This document shows positions 62,527 through 64,000 of a stretch of DNA of 64,000 bases, piece after piece. Every line of letters starts with the position of its first letter. The stretch's first letter is position 1. This stretch comes from an uncultured bacterium (GTDB lineage Bacteria > Patescibacteriota > Minisyncoccia > Phycocordibacterales > PALSA-1337). The translations under genes were made by a program, and so were the position numbers. The DNA lies in NCBI GenBank assembly GCA_963701025.1, contig OY969557.1:36849-100848 (forward strand), read 5' to 3'. Under the pieces are notes generated by a model. That model saw only the letters and a program-made list of their open reading frames with translations, had not been told where the DNA came from and did no database searches.

Positions 62527-64000
62527 ATGCCCAAGAAGCGCGATAAAACAGAAGATTCCGCCGAATCCGCGCCAGTCCGCCCCGAAGGCGCCGGCATCAT
62601 CAGTCGCTCTATCACTACCGAGATGCGCGAGTCTTTCCTCGACTATGCCATGTCGGTCATCACCGACCGCGCACTGCCGGACGTTCGCGACGGCTTAAAA
62701 CCCGTGCATCGCCGCATCCTCTATGCCATGCACGAAGCCGGCTTGACGGCATCGTCCAAATTCCGCAAGTCAGCCGTGCCGGTAGCCGACACTATGGGCA
62801 ATTATCACCCGCACGGCGACGTGGCCATTTATGATTCATTGGTAAAGATGGCCCAGCCGTTCACTATGCGCTATCCGTTGGTCCAGGGCCAGGGTAACTT
62901 CGGTACCGTTGACGGAGATCCGCCGGCCGCCATGCGTTATACGGAAGCTCGCATGTCCCGTCTGACTGCCGAGGTCTTGCGCGACATAGACAAGGATACG
63001 GTTGATTTCAGTCCGAACTACGACGGTAGCAAAAAAGAGCCGTCGGTATTGCCGACCGCCGTGCCGAATCTGCTTTTGAACGGCACGCTCGGCATCGCCG
63101 TCGGCATGGCCACAAATATCCCGCCGCACAACTTACGCGAAGTCATCGATGCCACCGTCCACCTCGTGGATAACTCCGACGCCACCACCGAAGACCTGCT
63201 CGGCTTCATCAAAGGTCCCGACTTTCCTCTGGGCGCCGTCATGTACGGCGAGAAGGACATCCATCACGCCTATGCCACCGGCCGCGGCGGCATCGTCGTG
63301 CGCGGCGAAGCCGAGATCACCGAAGACAAGAAGGGCCAATACCAGATCGTCATCACTTCCATCCCGTTCCGGGTGAACAAGAGCGAGCTCATCATGAAGA
63401 TAGCCGACCTCGTTCGCGAGAAGACCATCGAAGGCGTCAAAGCCCTGCGCGACGAATCCGACAAGGATATCCGCATAGTCATAGACCTGAAGCAGGGCTC
63501 ATTCCCGGAGAAGGTCCTCAATCTAATCTATAAGCACACCCAGCTCGAGGAATCGTTCCACATGAATATCGTGGCCCTGGTCCACGGCGTGCCTCAAACT
63601 CTCGGTCTGAAGTCTATTCTGGAAGAATTCGTCAAGCATCGCATCGATGTCATCCGCCGCAGAACCAAGTTCGACCTCAATGCGGCCGAAGCGCGCGAGC
63701 ACATTCTGCTGGGCTTAAAGAAGGCCCTTGACCATATAGACGAGATCATCACGCTCATCCGCGCCTCCAAGGATGTCGCCGAAGCCCATGCCGGCTTGAT
63801 GAAGAAGTTCAAGTTCAGCGATCTGCAGGCTACGGCCATCCTGGAGATGCGCCTGTCCAAGCTCGCCGGCCTCGAGCGCAAGAAAGTCCTCGATGAACTG
63901 AAAGAAGTCCAGGCTCTCATAGAAGAATTGAAGAGCATCCTCGGCTCCGAAAAGAAAGTCCGCGGCATCATCAAGACCGAGCTTGCCGATATCACGCGCC
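62527..64000 (+). CDS. gyrA: DNA gyrase subunit A (runs off the window edge)
   Basis: Manual translation: [53 protein letters not shown]. Confidence 0.97.
   Translation, partial: MPKKRDKTEDSAESAPVRPEGAGIISRSITTEMRESFLDYAMSVITDRALPDVRDGLKPVHRRILYAMHEAGLTASSKFRKSAVPVADTMGNYHPHGDVAIYDSLVKMAQPFTMRYPLVQGQGNFGTVDGDPPAAMRYTEARMSRLTAEVLRDIDKDTVDFSPNYDGSKKEPSVLPTAVPNLLLNGTLGIAVGMATNIPPHNLREVIDATVHLVDNSDATTEDLLGFIKGPDFPLGAVMYGEKDIHHAYATGRGGIVVRGEAEITEDKKGQYQIVITSIPFRVNKSELIMKIADLVREKTIEGVKALRDESDKDIRIVIDLKQGSFPEKVLNLIYKHTQLEESFHMNIVALVHGVPQTLGLKSILEEFVKHRIDVIRRRTKFDLNAAEAREHILLGLKKALDHIDEIITLIRASKDVAEAHAGLMKKFKFSDLQATAILEMRLSKLAGLERKKVLDELKEVQALIEELKSILGSEKKVRGIIKTELADITR

Overview
This window is the chromosomal backbone of a reduced-genome bacterium. 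The gene set, short proteins and intergenic style point to Patescibacteria/CPR (Parcubacteria-like); that assignment is inference. Core genes include gyrA (partial), gyrB, ftsA, ftsZ, rpsA, rpsB, rpsU, rpmE2, tsf, prfA, pth, lepA, lepB, murJ, tsaD, ybeY, trxB, eno, gpmI, a minimal pyk, pyrD, class II nrdJ, a monomeric PheRS, RNase P RNA and five tRNAs. Accessory content: a ParB-N protein at the left edge (probably a DNA methylase fusion), an IS30 element, two low-GC islands that open with the same recombinase att-like scar (one carries an AAA ATPase + RloB/TOPRIM pair), a higBA-type TA pair and several internally deleted accessory genes. Best leads for undescribed biology: (1) a ~390-nt, promoter-driven, heavily base-paired non-coding transcript between pheS and gyrB; (2) a tRNA-bounded metal locus with a COG0523 GTPase, a nicotianamine synthase, Fur/Zur, DoxX and YibE/F; (3) dispersed families of conserved intergenic palindromes. 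Single-base indels in lepA, murJ and gpmI look like sequencing errors. All calls were made by eye, without database searches.
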